Origin: the human T2T-CHM13v2.0 reference genome, Homo sapiens
Length of the DNA: 64,000 nucleotides
Assembly (NCBI RefSeq): GCF_009914755.1
Contig: NC_060931.1
Strand: one strand, 5' to 3'
Below the pieces are notes generated by a model, which was not told where the DNA came from, searched no databases, and saw only the letters and a program-made list of their open reading frames with translations. Both the position numbers and the translations under genes were made by a program. The number at the start of each line of letters is the position of its first letter. Positions within the stretch are counted from its first letter, which is position 1. Below, in pieces: positions 44,850 through 58,954 of the stretch.

Positions 44850-45035
44850 ACACAGCTTAGAAGCAGAAGTGTAATAAGTGAAGAGAGGCCTACCCACTCA
44901 CTGGCCATGTGACGTGAAATATCATTTCCTCATTTATAAAATGGGAATAACATAATTAACTGCTTCATAAGGCCGTTTTAAGGATAAAATAAAATCATGT
45001 ATTATCAACTGTCTAGCGCAGTGCCTGGCCCATAG
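44850..45035 (+). mobile_element. MIR SINE
   Basis: tttcctcatttataaaatgggaataa...cagtgcctggcccatag. Confidence 0.75.
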
Positions 45036-45869
45036 TGTTTTAAGAAAACCACTTAGCTAATTGCTTATTTTTCATTGAAGGAACCCACATTCACTAAAGC
45101 AATATGTTTACTGATACATTTCATATATAATTCGTTTTTTTAACCACCTTCCTAACAATAACCTGCTTAAACTTTTAAAACATAGGCTGTATTTGAATCT
45201 ATTCATGTGCTAAGAACTAAATAACAGACTTAGATGAGATATTCATATAAACATGAGTTTGGTTTACTATGTATCAAAAAGATGTTTTCATAAGGATGCT
45301 TCAGGGCCCTAAGTCTCAAGCATGGCCCTAAAGCACTGAGTTAACCAAGGCCTCACTGTGAAAACAACAAGCCTAAAATCCCACAGCTTCACCAAATTTG
45401 AAATTACATATGAATGAATAAAGGGATAAGTCAGTTTACTCTCAGGTAATTATAATATCCACTATTTTCTATAATATCTTTGTGAATTAAATTACAGTGT
45501 GTCGGGAAAATCATATGTTTTCAGAGACAATGCTCCCCCCCTGCCCCATCAGGATGATCCCAAACCCTCTCTATCATGTCATTTAGAGTAATTGTCTTGC
45601 CTCTCAAAAATCCAAACCAGCTATTTAAAAAATATCAAAATTATTCAGAGTCTTTCTTTCTGAAACGCAAGGTCATTTTGTTTGTGTGGTTGCTTCCATT
45701 GACCTGTAGACAAAGCTCAATTGTACTTCTTACAGGCTGTCTCCCAATGAATGCAGCAGTGTATCTGGTGTTGCTTAGTATAAAGTCACTTCAGTTATAA
45801 TTTATACCATGCAGAGAACGGCCTTTGAAGAAGCAATCAATACTAAGGAATAGATACAGGTACATGATT

Positions 45870-46085
45870 AAAACTAGAGACAGACAGACTGGGTTACCAA
45901 TTTCAGTTTCACAAGATATGTGACCTTCATCAAGTTATTTAACTCTCTAAGCCTTGGTTTTCCTTATCTGAAAAACAGGTATTGTAAGAGTATCTAGTCA
46001 TAGATCTGCTATAAAGCTTAAGTGAGACAGGTAATTCATACTTAACAAGCATGGCACTGCACTCAATATATTCTCAATAAATGGC
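45870..46085 (+). mobile_element. MIR SINE
   Basis: tgtgaccttcatcaagttatttaactctctaagccttggtttccttatctg. Confidence 0.75.
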
Positions 46086-46102
46086 AGGCTCATCATCACT
46101 AT

Positions 46103-46398
46103 TTTTTTGTTTTTTGTTTTTTTTTGAGACAGGGTCTCACTTGTCACCCAGACTGGGATACTGTGGCGTGATCATGGCTCATTGCAGCCTTGACCTCCCT
46201 GTCTCAGGAGATTATCTCACCTCAGCCTCCCAAGTGGCTGGGACTATAGGCATGCACCACCATGCATGACTAATTTTTTGTAGAGACGGGGCTTCGTCAT
46301 ATTGCCTAGGCTGATCTCAAACTCCTGGGCTCAAGTGATCCATCCTCCTTGGTCTCCCAAAATGCTGGGATTACAGGTGTGAGCCACCATGCCTGGCC
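46103..46398 (-). mobile_element. AluJ
   Basis: J-type motifs; flanks CACTATTTTT / CACTATTCTT. Confidence 0.9.
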
Positions 46399-46776
46399 TA
46401 CACTATTCTTATTATTGAAGAATCATCAATGGAATTTTCTCTCTTCTGCAAAACGAGTGAAAATATTAGCTATTTCTAATCAACATAAAAATTAATCAAA
46501 ATGGCATAACATTGAAATCTTCAAGGACAGAGGCTCTCTGGGTGCATACCATAATCAAGAATCATGCTATTTATTTATTTATCATGCTTAGTCCTCACAG
46601 CAGCCCAGAGAATTGGGTATTATCATCTCCACATTAGAGATGAAGGTAAAGCTCACAAAAATACCTACAGTTAAAATGGGTAAGAGTGGTGAGTTAAACA
46701 ACATCTCCCTGACTTCCAATTCCTCATATTAGATCAGCTCCCCGCTTAGTGTCTGGTACCAGCAGTCTCACATTGA

Positions 46777-47872
<1,096 letters not shown>

Positions 47873-47968
47873 CTTCTTTATTTTGAAGAACATTCATAGA
47901 ATTTGCTTAAAAATTAAATTCATTTAATAAAATGTTAAATTTTTATAGCAAAAAAATAAAAATAAAAA
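47873..47968 (+). other. L1 3'-transduced segment (77 bp) plus second A-rich tail
   Basis: Non-L1 sequence 47873-47949 has AATAAA at 47926-47931, followed by an A-tail from 47950 and the 3' TSD copy at 47970-47987. Confidence 0.85.
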
Positions 47969-48045
47969 TAAAAACAGCAACAACAAAGTAAACCAATACT
48001 ACATCACCAATGAGTATGTGTGCTTTGTAAAGAAAGCCTAAGCTT

Positions 48046-48358
<313 letters not shown>

Positions 48359-48549
48359 TCATTTACTTAAAACAACATTCAGTTAGACAAACAGTACCAC
48401 AAACACACAATTTAAAGAGTCTCTTAATATCTTCTGGCAAGGGTAGATTCCAGTACTCTCCTTCCCCAATCCTAAAAGATTCTAAGTTCTGTAACCAGAT
48501 GACCTTCTCAGTGTTAAATTACTCTCCCCTTAAAAACTGATCCCTCTCA

Positions 48550-49219
48550 GCCCCTCTGCCCGGCCAGCCGCCCCGTCCGGGAGGGAGGTGGGGGGGGTCA
48601 GCCCCCTGCCCGGCCAGCCGCCCCGTCCGGGAGGTGAGGGGCGCCTCTGCCCGGCCGCCCCTACTGGGAAGTGAGGAGCCCCTCTGCCAGGCCACCACCC
48701 CGTCTGGGAGGTGTGCCCAACAGCTCATTGAGAACGGGCCAGGATGACAATGGCGGCTTTGTGGAATAGAAAGGGGGGAAAGGTGGGGAAAAGATTGAGA
48801 AATCGGATGGTTGCCGTGTCTGTGTAGAAAGAAGTAGACATGGGAGACTTCATTTTGTTCTGTACTAAGAGAAATTCTTCTGCCTTGGGATCCTGTTATC
48901 TGTGACCTTACCCCCAACCCTGTGCTCTCTGAAGCATGTCCTCTGTCCACTCAGGGTTAAATGGATTAAGGGCGGTGCAAGATGTGCTTTGTTAAACAGA
49001 TGCTTGAAGGCAGCATGCTCGTTAAGAGTCATCACCACTCCCTAATCTTAAGTACCCAGGGACACAAACACTGCGGAAGGCCGCAGGGTCCTCTGCCTAG
49101 GAAAACCAGAGACCTTTGTTCACTTGTTTATCTGCTGACCTTCCCTCCACTATTGTCCTATGACCCTGCCAAATCCCCCTCTGCGATAAACACCCAAGAA
49201 TGATCAATAAAAAATTAAA
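48550..49219 (+). mobile_element. 5'-truncated SVA (VNTR remnant + SINE-R; SVA_D-like, subfamily tentative)
   Basis: GC-rich VNTR units (gcccggccagccgccccgtccgggagg), SINE-R ending gaatgatcAATAAA, and a perfect 18-bp TSD AAAAACTGATCCCTCTCA (48532-48549 / 49220-49237) at a TT/AAAA site. Confidence 0.96.
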
Positions 49220-50010
49220 AAAAACTGATCCCTCTCATATACTGCTGGTGAAAATGTAGAATAGATAGTCACTGCGGAAAGCAGGTTGGGTGTTGCTTAT
49301 AAAACTAAACATGCACTTACATAACCTAATAGCTACACTCTTGGGTGTTTATCCCAGAGAAGTAAACACTTAGGTGCTCACAAAAAAATCTGTACATGAA
49401 TGTTCTTAGCAGCTTTATTTTTACAGTCCCAAACTGCAAACAACCCAAATGTCCTTCAATGGGTGAATGGTTAAATAAGCTCTGGTGCATACTATGGGAT
49501 ACTATTCAGCAATAAAAAGGAGTGAACTATTTATAACAACTTGAATGGATCCCAAGGCATTATCTCAAAAGGTTATATATAGTATAATTCCATTTATATA
49601 ACATTCTGGAAATGACAAAATTAAAGAGATGGAGAACAAACAAGTATTTATTAGTGGCCAGGGAACAGTGGAGGGATGGGTACACCTATAAAGGGGCAGC
49701 ATAAGGGAAGATCTTTTGTTTGATGGAACAATTCTGTATCCTGATTATTGTGGTCGTTACATATACCATACATGAGACTAAATTGCAATGAACTACACAC
49801 ACACACACATTAGTGTGTGTACAAAATGATTAAAACTGAACAAGCCATATAGTCTAACTTAACAACAATGTACCAATTTTAATAAATTGGTTTTGATATA
49901 ACTGTATAAGATGTCACCATTAAGGGAGCTGAGGTGAAGGGTACATAAAATTTCTTCATGTGGAAGTAGACTCTTGTGAGTCTATAATTATAATTATTTC
50001 AAATGTAAGT
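49220..50010 (+). mobile_element. Old L1 (L1MD-like) 3' region
   Basis: ctctcatatactgctggtg...caacccaaatgtccttcaatgggtgaatgg...aaatgacaaaattaaagagatggagaaca. Confidence 0.8.
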
Positions 50011-53000
50011 AAAAGAAAAAACAAAAGATCCCAAGCAGCTTTTTAGCTCATTCATATGTAGAAATCTATAAACAGCAGAGGAGGACAACATTCCTCCTTT
50101 TATGGGGTTGTCATTTCCCCCAAGTTACTCACCCTAGCAGCAGAACAGAGACTAGATCTCATGCCACCAAACTCAAAATGCAATCCTCTGTCACACCTTT
50201 TATAGTGGGATAAAATGAAGAAGCAAATGCATTAACATATCCATAATCTTGGGCTTTCAGTAAAGCCATTCCCCCAGTGACAAGTCCTTGGGATTCCTGA
50301 TCCAAATGAACAGGGCCTTGAACACATCTAGACACGGAGCCACTTTTAACTCTGCCTGGAAAGGTCAGGGGAGGCTTCCCGCATTCAGGGAAATTTGAGC
50401 CGAGTTTGAATGTTGAGTAAGAGGTCACCTGGCAAACCTGGAAGGAAAGAGCAATCCAGGAAGCTGCAGGCCTGGACAGCATCCCAGTCTTGGAGCACTA
50501 CAGGATGAGGACGGGGGCTGTGTGACAGTACAGGTACCCGTTGGGGAGAGCCAATATGAGCCTGGAATGAAGTGGGTACCAGGTCCAAAAAGTCCCTGGT
50601 GCCATCTGACAGGTGGTAACTCTCAAAGCTCAAAGATAGACACCCACTATGCTCACCAATGACAGGGAGTCTCTTAACACTTCTCTTTATATTTTAAGAT
50701 GCCTACATTATATTTCTCTTCCTCACATGAATGTCTTTTGCTAGTTAACATAAACAAGATGTCATGGTTCTCCCAATAAGTATAATAATGTGATGCTTTT
50801 GTCAGTTGTTTTTTCTGTCTAAGCAAAGCAGGGATTCTATGTAAAGCAAGTAAAATTAAGCTAGTGATGATGGATATCAAAATCACTACTCTAAATAATA
50901 CACAAATTATAAAGGAATCTCAAGAGCAGGTTGAATCAGAAAAAAATACGCTCTGAGTATGTGCCTTCTCAATGCTGGTCTACACTCTCAAAATAAACGT
51001 AGGTCATGTTTTAAGTTAGTAAATGTGGGGAAAAATAAAATGTACAGAGGCTGAGTAAAAATACAGACGCGTCCTACCAAAAGGAACCAATAATTCTTGA
51101 CTTAAATTTAACAACTTTGTTCACTGTGGCAGTAAAATATTAATGGCATTGCAAAGTTGAATTTGCGTGGGCAGTAATTCACAGTCTCTGGAACAGAGTC
51201 TTTATTTTATGTCAAGTCATTACCTCAGTAAAAGTTACCAAAAATAAATCCATTTGACTTCCAGTATTTTAGACAATAAATAGGGTCATTTCTCACAATG
51301 GTCAAGTTGGCATAGAAATACGGAGGCTGATAATAGTGAAAACCTACGTGATATAAAGGAAATGGCCGGCCGTATGCCATAAATATGTCTTAAAACTAAC
51401 AAATGTGATCCTGCTTCTTGTAGTTTTTGAGGGGTCTTCTGTTCTTTGAAATAATCTAAAACTCACAGCATGAGATACATGCTGCTCACTAGATGAAATC
51501 AGCTCTCCATTCAGCACTTGAGATTGTTTTAAAAGCGCTGTGGCCCATAACTAATAAATCACTCCATGGTGACTACAGTGTCAAGTATATGCAGCCATGT
51601 GATTCCCTGTGTACCTGGGAAGGGCAAAAGGAGGCAAGCAATTCAGCCAGGATACGGGGATGCCAACACAAAAACTCCAGGGTAGATCCTTCACCCGTAT
51701 GTGAAACTTAGTTGCCCTTGGTTTTATAGGACAAGGAGAGAGGAAACCAACTATTTTCTCATACAATAAACCATGGGCTCCTTAAGGGTGCCCATGTCTT
51801 ATTTCTCCTCATATCCCCAGCCCCAAAGACAATACCTCTCAATAAATGTTTTTTGACTAAATGAATCAAAGATAGAGTGAATGTATGCATGCATTGTACA
51901 ATGCAGGAAACAGCTAAAATGTGATACATACATTATTTATTCACTTTTTTTGTTACAACATATTTATCAGGTGCCTATAATGAACCAAAAATCATGTCAG
52001 CTAATGAGAAAGAGAAAAAAAAATCATATGGCATAGTCTCTGCCCTTAAAGATGTAATAGGAGAGACAGACATGAACACTAATGACACAAAAAAGGAGGA
52101 AGGGAAAAGCACAAAGTGGGGTTGTAACACACTTCATGGTTTCAAACTGAACTATTGGTATGGGGGGAGGAGGAGATGCTTTTAAATTCTATCCCTAGAA
52201 AGACGCCAGTGTCCTACAGGGAAAATATGCAGGGTCTGGAGGCAGAAGACTAAGTCAGACAGAAGAAAAAAGGGATCCCTTCATATAAGCATCATCATTG
52301 TGAGCCTGAAAGGCTTTCAAAAATCTCATTTCGGGCAGATTTATTAATATCTGCATTGAAGGCAAGGATGAAACGAGCATGGGGTGGGAGTTTGGCAGCC
52401 CTTAGACCATTAGGAAAACAGTGGACTGCCACAAAGGTTACTTCTCACTTTGATAGGATCTCATAAATCCATGTAAACTGGCCCCCTACTTTAGAGCCGG
52501 AGGACATTTTCTCTGTGGTTGCTTAGTCTTAACTACAGGGATTGCTGAAGAGGTTTAAGTCACACTGTTTCAAAGGCACAGTTCTGCTTGAATTTAGGTT
52601 CATCACAGTTAATGAAGCAGAAACGAATCCTTTTGCCATCTCAAAAGGATGTCTAGGTATCACAAACAAAAGAGTGGAAATTAACCAGGAAAAATCTGGG
52701 ATAAAAACAGGACATTTGGTCATCCCAGCCTTGTGGCAGCTCACACAAAGGATGCAATGTTAAAAATAGCATCAACAACATTCACACAGAGATGATATCT
52801 AGAAACAACACAAAGATTGATGGCATGCCTGCCCTGAAAGGACCTTAAAACAGGAAGCTATATAGAGACCAGGCATGCATACACACAAGCAAGGCAGTTA
52901 AGCAAATGCTTTAATAGAAAAAAGGGGCGGGGGGAGGTGGGGAAAGGCCTTTGGTCTTGCTATTTCACCTCCATTCAATATCCTTGGTTATTGGATATTG

Positions 53001-53746
53001 AAAGTATCCAATACAGAAAGTAGGAGGGAACATGGGACACATGCAAAAAGGTTATTAAAGGATGGGCAGAATACTCTCTGGCCTTACAGAATTTACTCCT
53101 GGTTTAAACTTCTACTTGGGCACCTGGCCCACAGCTTGACAGACCCACTTTCGCTGCAGGATTCATTAAGCAAGGAAGCTCCTACAGGCCAGTCTTTACT
53201 CTTTGTCAGGAATTCTAAGTGTCACTCCTGAATTTCAACTGACAATGGACAGAAGTGAAATGGATGAATCCAGAGACTGGTATTCTGGGCTCTTAAAATT
53301 TAGAATCTCAAATTCCAGGATGACCAACTGCCTCTAAATTCCACAAGAATTTTCTACTTCTCTAATATTGAAGTCCTTCTGAGACTTCTAGGTCTTCATT
53401 CCAACCTAAATCCCAGAATAGGGATACAGGTCATACCGCATCTCTCTAGTGTTTTGAGGAGAGGTGACAGGCTATACTGATGGAGGCCATGTGGGTGCCT
53501 GCGGGAGCTTCTGAGACCTTCAAATGTAGAAACATTTTGCAGGGATAGTTCTTCCTAGCCAGAGAGAAACCAAAATAGAGTCCAGGGCTGATCGAGAGAG
53601 AATTTACTGTTCCACTCCACAAATGTTCTTATTATGAGCTTTTTCATATAAATGAGCACACTTTCCTGCTTAATCTTTTATTTAGGCTCTTTGATTTTAC
53701 ACCTCTTTGCCTGAATGAAAAAAAGTATGCTATAAAAAGGCTGCTT

Positions 53747-54058
53747 GGCCCAGGTATGGCAGCTCATGCCTGTAATCCCAGCACTTTGGCAGGCCGAGGC
53801 GGGTGTATCACTTGAACTAAGGAGTTTGAGACTAGCCTGGGGGACATGGTGACACCCGTCTCTCCTAAAATAGCCGGGCATGGTGGCGTGCACCTGTAGT
53901 CCTCGCTACTTGAGGGCTGAGGCAGGAAGATTGCTTGAACCTGGGAGGTCAAGGTTACAGTGAGCCGAGATGGCACCACTAAACTCTAGTCTGGGTGCCA
54001 AAGTGAGACCCTGTCTCAAAAAAAATACGTAAATAGAAAATTTTAAAAATTAAAAAAT
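53747..54058 (+). mobile_element. AluJ-like
   Basis: Full dimer; flanks ATAAAAAGGCTGCTT / ATAAAATGGCTCTTT. Confidence 0.9.
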
Positions 54059-54225
54059 AAAATGGCTCTTTGGATGTACGGTTATAAAGGACAAAGACTG
54101 CTTCTTTGGAAGAGTGCTGTATACAGGTAGGTGGTTATTAAGTGAACCAGTGTTTCTCAAACTGTGAGTTATCTCACATTAAGGCTTCCTCAAATGGTTT
54201 GTGAAATAATTTTTTTTTAACAGAC

Positions 54226-54265
54226 TGGAATGGAATGGAGTGGGATGGAATGAAATAGAATGGAA
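54226..54265. repeat. Short degenerate (TGGAA)n repeat
   Basis: tggaatggaatggagtgggatggaatgaaatagaatggaa. Confidence 0.75.
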
Positions 54266-54735
54266 AACAAAATACTGGAGTGTACCACATGTTGTCAGAT
54301 TAGCTATTATTTGGTAAAACTTGTGCCATGGTAGGAGGCCAGAATGATGTCAATTTGACATTTAGAAAAATGTAAATGCAATGTTCATATTACTTTGAAT
54401 ACTTCACTGCATTACAATGCTTCAGAATCGTTTCAATTGTAATTAGACTAAGTCTCAGAGTCCATAATTTATAGAGTTAAGACAGATTAACAAACAGGGT
54501 GGAGCTTTCACTACAATAGCAACACTCTTCCTCCCTGAGGCTCGGAAAGCCAGCAGTGACACCAACAGCTTGCGAGAGGTAAACACCCTATGCCAAACCA
54601 TCAAAAACCCTATACATCTCAATCTCTTCCACAAGCATCTGATTTCAATATGGCAGGTTGACCCAATAAACTGTGGAAGGTATAAAAAGTGTTTTTACTT
54701 ATGTCTTTAAATAACTCTAAAAGTGTAAACTTAAT

Positions 54736-55036
54736 GGCTGGGCACGGTGGCTCATGCCTGTAATCCCAGCACTTTGGGAGGCCAAGGCGGGCGGAACACA
54801 AGGTCAGGAGATCGAGACCATGCGGGCTAACATGGTGTAACGCCGTCTCTACTAAAAATACAAAAAAATCAGCTAGGTGTGGTGACAGGCAAGTCCCAGC
54901 TACTCAGGAGGCTGAGGCAGGAGAATGGCGTGAACCCGGAAGGCAGAGCTTGCAGTGAGCTGAGATTGCGCCACTGCACTCCAGCCTGGGCGACAGAGCG
55001 AGACTCCATCTCAAATAAAGAAAGAAAGAAACAAAC
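54736..55036 (+). mobile_element. AluY
   Basis: gagatcgagaccat, gaatggcgtgaacc, gagcttgcagtg diagnostics; TSD AAACTTAAT. Confidence 0.93.
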
Positions 55037-56769
55037 AAACTTAATAAAATATCTAAGACCAGAAAAATAAGGAAGTGGATTCTAAAATTATAAGTATATC
55101 AAGGTGGGTTTCAAAGTGCCACAATGCATTATCCTATTTAATAAGAAAACGCTATGCTTCAATGAGGCATATTCCATTTCTCAGAATAAAAATAATACAT
55201 CATAATAAAACACATTTACTTCAGTAATTTCCTTAACCAGTATTCACCTATGATTGCTATAAAATTTATTTCACCATTAAAACATATATGTGTGTGTGTG
55301 TGTATATATATGTATACACCAAAAAAAACCCCACAATTTTTTGTTTAATCAATAAAGTCCTTTCTGTATAATTTACTATTTCTAAATCCTTAGTTTAATT
55401 TTGCCTTAAGGCATAATTTGTTTTAACTGAGACATAATTATCTGATTGTGGCTCTTTAATTCTTTTATATTACTAAATTGAAAGTTGGTATATTTTTCAA
55501 GTAAATATGATTAAGGCTTATTGATAAATATAGATTGAATTTTAAGTCATTTTAAAATAGTTAAAACCATGGAAATAAATAGCTTTTCATTAATATATTT
55601 ACGCTTTACCTTTTTAGTCTTATGTTTTTGTCAAAACTAAGCATCTATCTATTCTTACTTCTTCTCATTATACTTCCCTGATGCAGTACCATACACACTG
55701 TAGGTACTTGAGAAAAAAAATATTTTCTGAATGGAAAGACTACATAAGACATGATAAATTTATTCCAATACCCAATTATAGTCTAACTTATTTATTAAAT
55801 TTTATTCCCTAAAGCAAATTCTTATTAGCTATATAATCTATCTCCTTTAATCAACAGAAAGCCATCAATCCAAGCATTCAGTATTACATCCACTTGACTA
55901 TCCTGCCGCCTTGATTAAGCTGCCTGTAGACTGCTGTGCAAGGAATTAAATACCATCTAGAATAGAAATTCAAACACCAGAAACTTTGAAGAAAAAAAAA
56001 AGGTAACCAATAGCTTTTTCTATTTCTTTTTTCCAAGAGTTCCATAAAATTGTTATCAGTCCTCTCACCAAAAAAAAAAAATTGAACCAGTACAAATTAC
56101 CCCGAAGTTTAATGATAAAAAATTGAATTTTGTTGCTTTCCTGGTGGAATATCTGAAAGGCCAACAGAAAATAATAAGAGAAACCAACCCTTATTGATTT
56201 CCTTCCACATTCTTCCTAATTCCAGGCCACCTGCCCCAAATGATAATCTAAATCTTCAGCCAAGCTGAGAAAACCAAGTATTTGGCAACCATCAAGAGCT
56301 AATCAGATTTTTCCTGTGTCATACACCAGTGCCATGGGTTGAAAGGGGAATTATTTGGGCCAATTTCCAAAGATGCAGTGAAAATTAAATACCCTCTCAG
56401 AAGTTTTGGCCTCAGTGTGGCTTATAACCCAAATCAATAGCTTGTAAAATTTCAAAGCTCTGAAGACAATAAAAACAAAAAGAATGAAACCGGTTTCATT
56501 TTATAGCTAATATGTTTTAATATCAAAAGAAACATAGAAACTATGAAGGACTAGCAACACACATAAAGCCATTATCTTGTAGATTTTTCTCTCTGTGGTT
56601 GATCTCACATTTGCAATCCCAGAGTAGCTTGTAAATCACTCAGCCTAACATCATGCCAGAATTCCCACTCCCACAGACAAGTATGATGCACTTAGGGAAC
56701 ACAAAATAATTTTTATTACCTTAATCCAGACAATTACGAGAAGATAAATCTGCTACAAAATGCCATAAT

Positions 56770-57070
56770 TCACTCGCTCCCTCACACATGCGTAACACCT
56801 ATGTGTCAAGCCCTTTGCTGGGGGATGATGTGGCAAACAGAATTGTGTCCACCCTCAGAATTTATACTTAGGCGGAAGACAAAAGACTGGATACAAATAA
56901 CTGGAGTTCAAGGTCAAATGTTGTAACTACTATCAGGCTGGCATAAACAAAACACACTAGGATTCAGGAAGGGGCAGAAATTACCTCTAGTTTATGTGAT
57001 CAGGCAGGGCTTTTTGGAAACAGACCACATTTAAATTGGGTCTTGAAGGATGAATATGATTTTGAAAGCA
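56770..57070 (-). mobile_element. L2 fragment
   Basis: acacctatgtgtcaagccc...ccctcagaatttatact...gggtcttgaaggatgaata. Confidence 0.6.
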
Positions 57071-57398
57071 GAGACTGATGGATAATTTGAAAAATGAAAA
57101 GAGAGAGAGAGAGGGCTGACATTTTCCAGAAGGCTAGTATGTATGCCAGCACTGTGCTAGGAGCTTTTATTTATGATATCTCATTTATTTTCAATGGGAA
57201 AGCAAAATGGTATTCAGCTATGGAATTTGGGAGAGAGGCAAAAAGGTGGGGAAGATGGGTTGGGTGAAAAGGCAGAGTGCCTCCAATACTGAGCCAAAAA
57301 ATCTGAACTTTACCTGAGGAAAAAATGGGAAACTACCAACCACGTTTAGAATGCCAAAAGAGAAAAAGAGAGAGAAGACAGCAAGAAAGAAAAGGTAT

Positions 57399-58117
57399 TG
57401 AGTCATACATATTGCTATAGATAATTGGTACAAATAACTGCCAACCACATTTAAATAATTTTTTTATCATAGCTTATGTGATGCCTGTATGCTATATTTC
57501 ATTAAAAGTTTTGGAAGGATTCTAGAAGATAATTTATTTCACCTTCTACTCAATTGAATAAATCCCTCTACATCATCCCAGAGAGTTCCTCCAGCCAGTC
57601 TCAGCACCTGCACAACAGGGAACCTCACAGCGAGCTCCTGCTATGCGTCAAGGCCTCTGTCAGAGGAGGTTACATTTCTCCACAGCTTGAGAGGTTGCAA
57701 AGCATTTCTTTGAGCTAAAATCTCCCTTGTAGTTTGGTCCTTTGGTCCGAGATCACACACAGGACAACATTTTTCCATCTATTCTAAGACATGCTTTTTA
57801 CCCATTTCAACAACTATAAAATCAGAGGGAGGCTTACCATCAATTCTGCATTATAACTTTAATAGGCAGCAATTTTTCTGAAAGGCAAATAAAATAATGA
57901 CTCATTTTATAGCCAGTGGTATCTCAGATGCAATAAAACATAGTAAGATAATATTTTACATAAGGTTGGCCTAACCCTTCCTCAATGGCTAATCTCTTTT
58001 CCATATTTGAGAAATGTCCTCAAAAGTAGAGATACCAAGCCAAGGTTCTGCAGCCATACACTCCTCAGCCCAGCAACAGTCTTCCATTTACTAGCTCAGT
58101 GACCTTGACCTGACTCA
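57399..58117. promoter_or_regulatory. Candidate AP-1 enhancer (three perfect TGASTCA sites)
   Basis: TGAGTCA at 57399-57405, TGACTCA at 57898-57904 and 58111-58117; motif evidence only. Confidence 0.3.
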
Positions 58118-58270
58118 CACCTCTTTATAATTTTAGTTTTCTCATCTGTAAAACAGGGCTAACAATAATACTTGCTTCATAGGCTTTCTGTGTGTGCATT
58201 ACACTGGATAATACACATAAAGTATTTGCATAGTGCTTAGCACACAGTCAACATTCAGTAAATGTTAGCC
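58050..58270 (+). mobile_element. MIR SINE
   Basis: agttttctcatctgtaaaacaggg...gcatagtgcttagcacacag...aaatgttagc. Confidence 0.8.
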
Positions 58271-58954
58271 ATGATCATAATCAATCATCATCATCATCCA
58301 CCTCTAGATTAAATAATTTCTTCTCTACAATCATCTCCCATATGACATACTTGCTAAAACTTTTGTCTACTTCTGGGTCCACTCCAATTTGTCAACACCC
58401 TCCTAAAAAATGTTTTGTCAGTTCTCCTGGCTCCCTTCAAACCTCCTATTCTGTTATTTCCCTTTTACTCTAAAGACAATGATTTTACTATCTTTTCAGT
58501 ACATCCTTATTGGTCCCTTTAGTTGTGTCACCTTGACTATAGTTTTTAGGAAAACTCTTAATTATCACTGTTAAACTGTAAAGTACTTACTATTTTGTCA
58601 CACCTGGCTACTGAAGTATTTTGTTGGAAAATGGACACAATATGCTCTCACTGGTTTGGCATACATATGGTATGGGAGGACAATTACTGCCCTTACTTTT
58701 GATAGGCTTTCTCTACTTATAGAGCCTAGGTTACAGTCTCTCAGATACAGATGAAGAAGAATGGCCAAGAAAGTATTTGCAGAAGAAATTTTTACAATTT
58801 ACATATTCAGGCAGCACATGTTGAGACGAAGTATGAATACCAAAATGACAGAATAGCATACAGGAAGAAGGCAAGGGCAGTTCCCAATTCCAGGAAGTCA
58901 GAGCTATTAACAACACACCTGCCCATACCCAACTCCCCCACAATTCTCTGTTCC

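Noticed and set aside
54226-54265. (GGAAT)n as an HSATII/III satellite insertion
   Set aside because: Only about 8 degenerate units, apparently within an old DNA-transposon-like fragment; an ordinary microsatellite.
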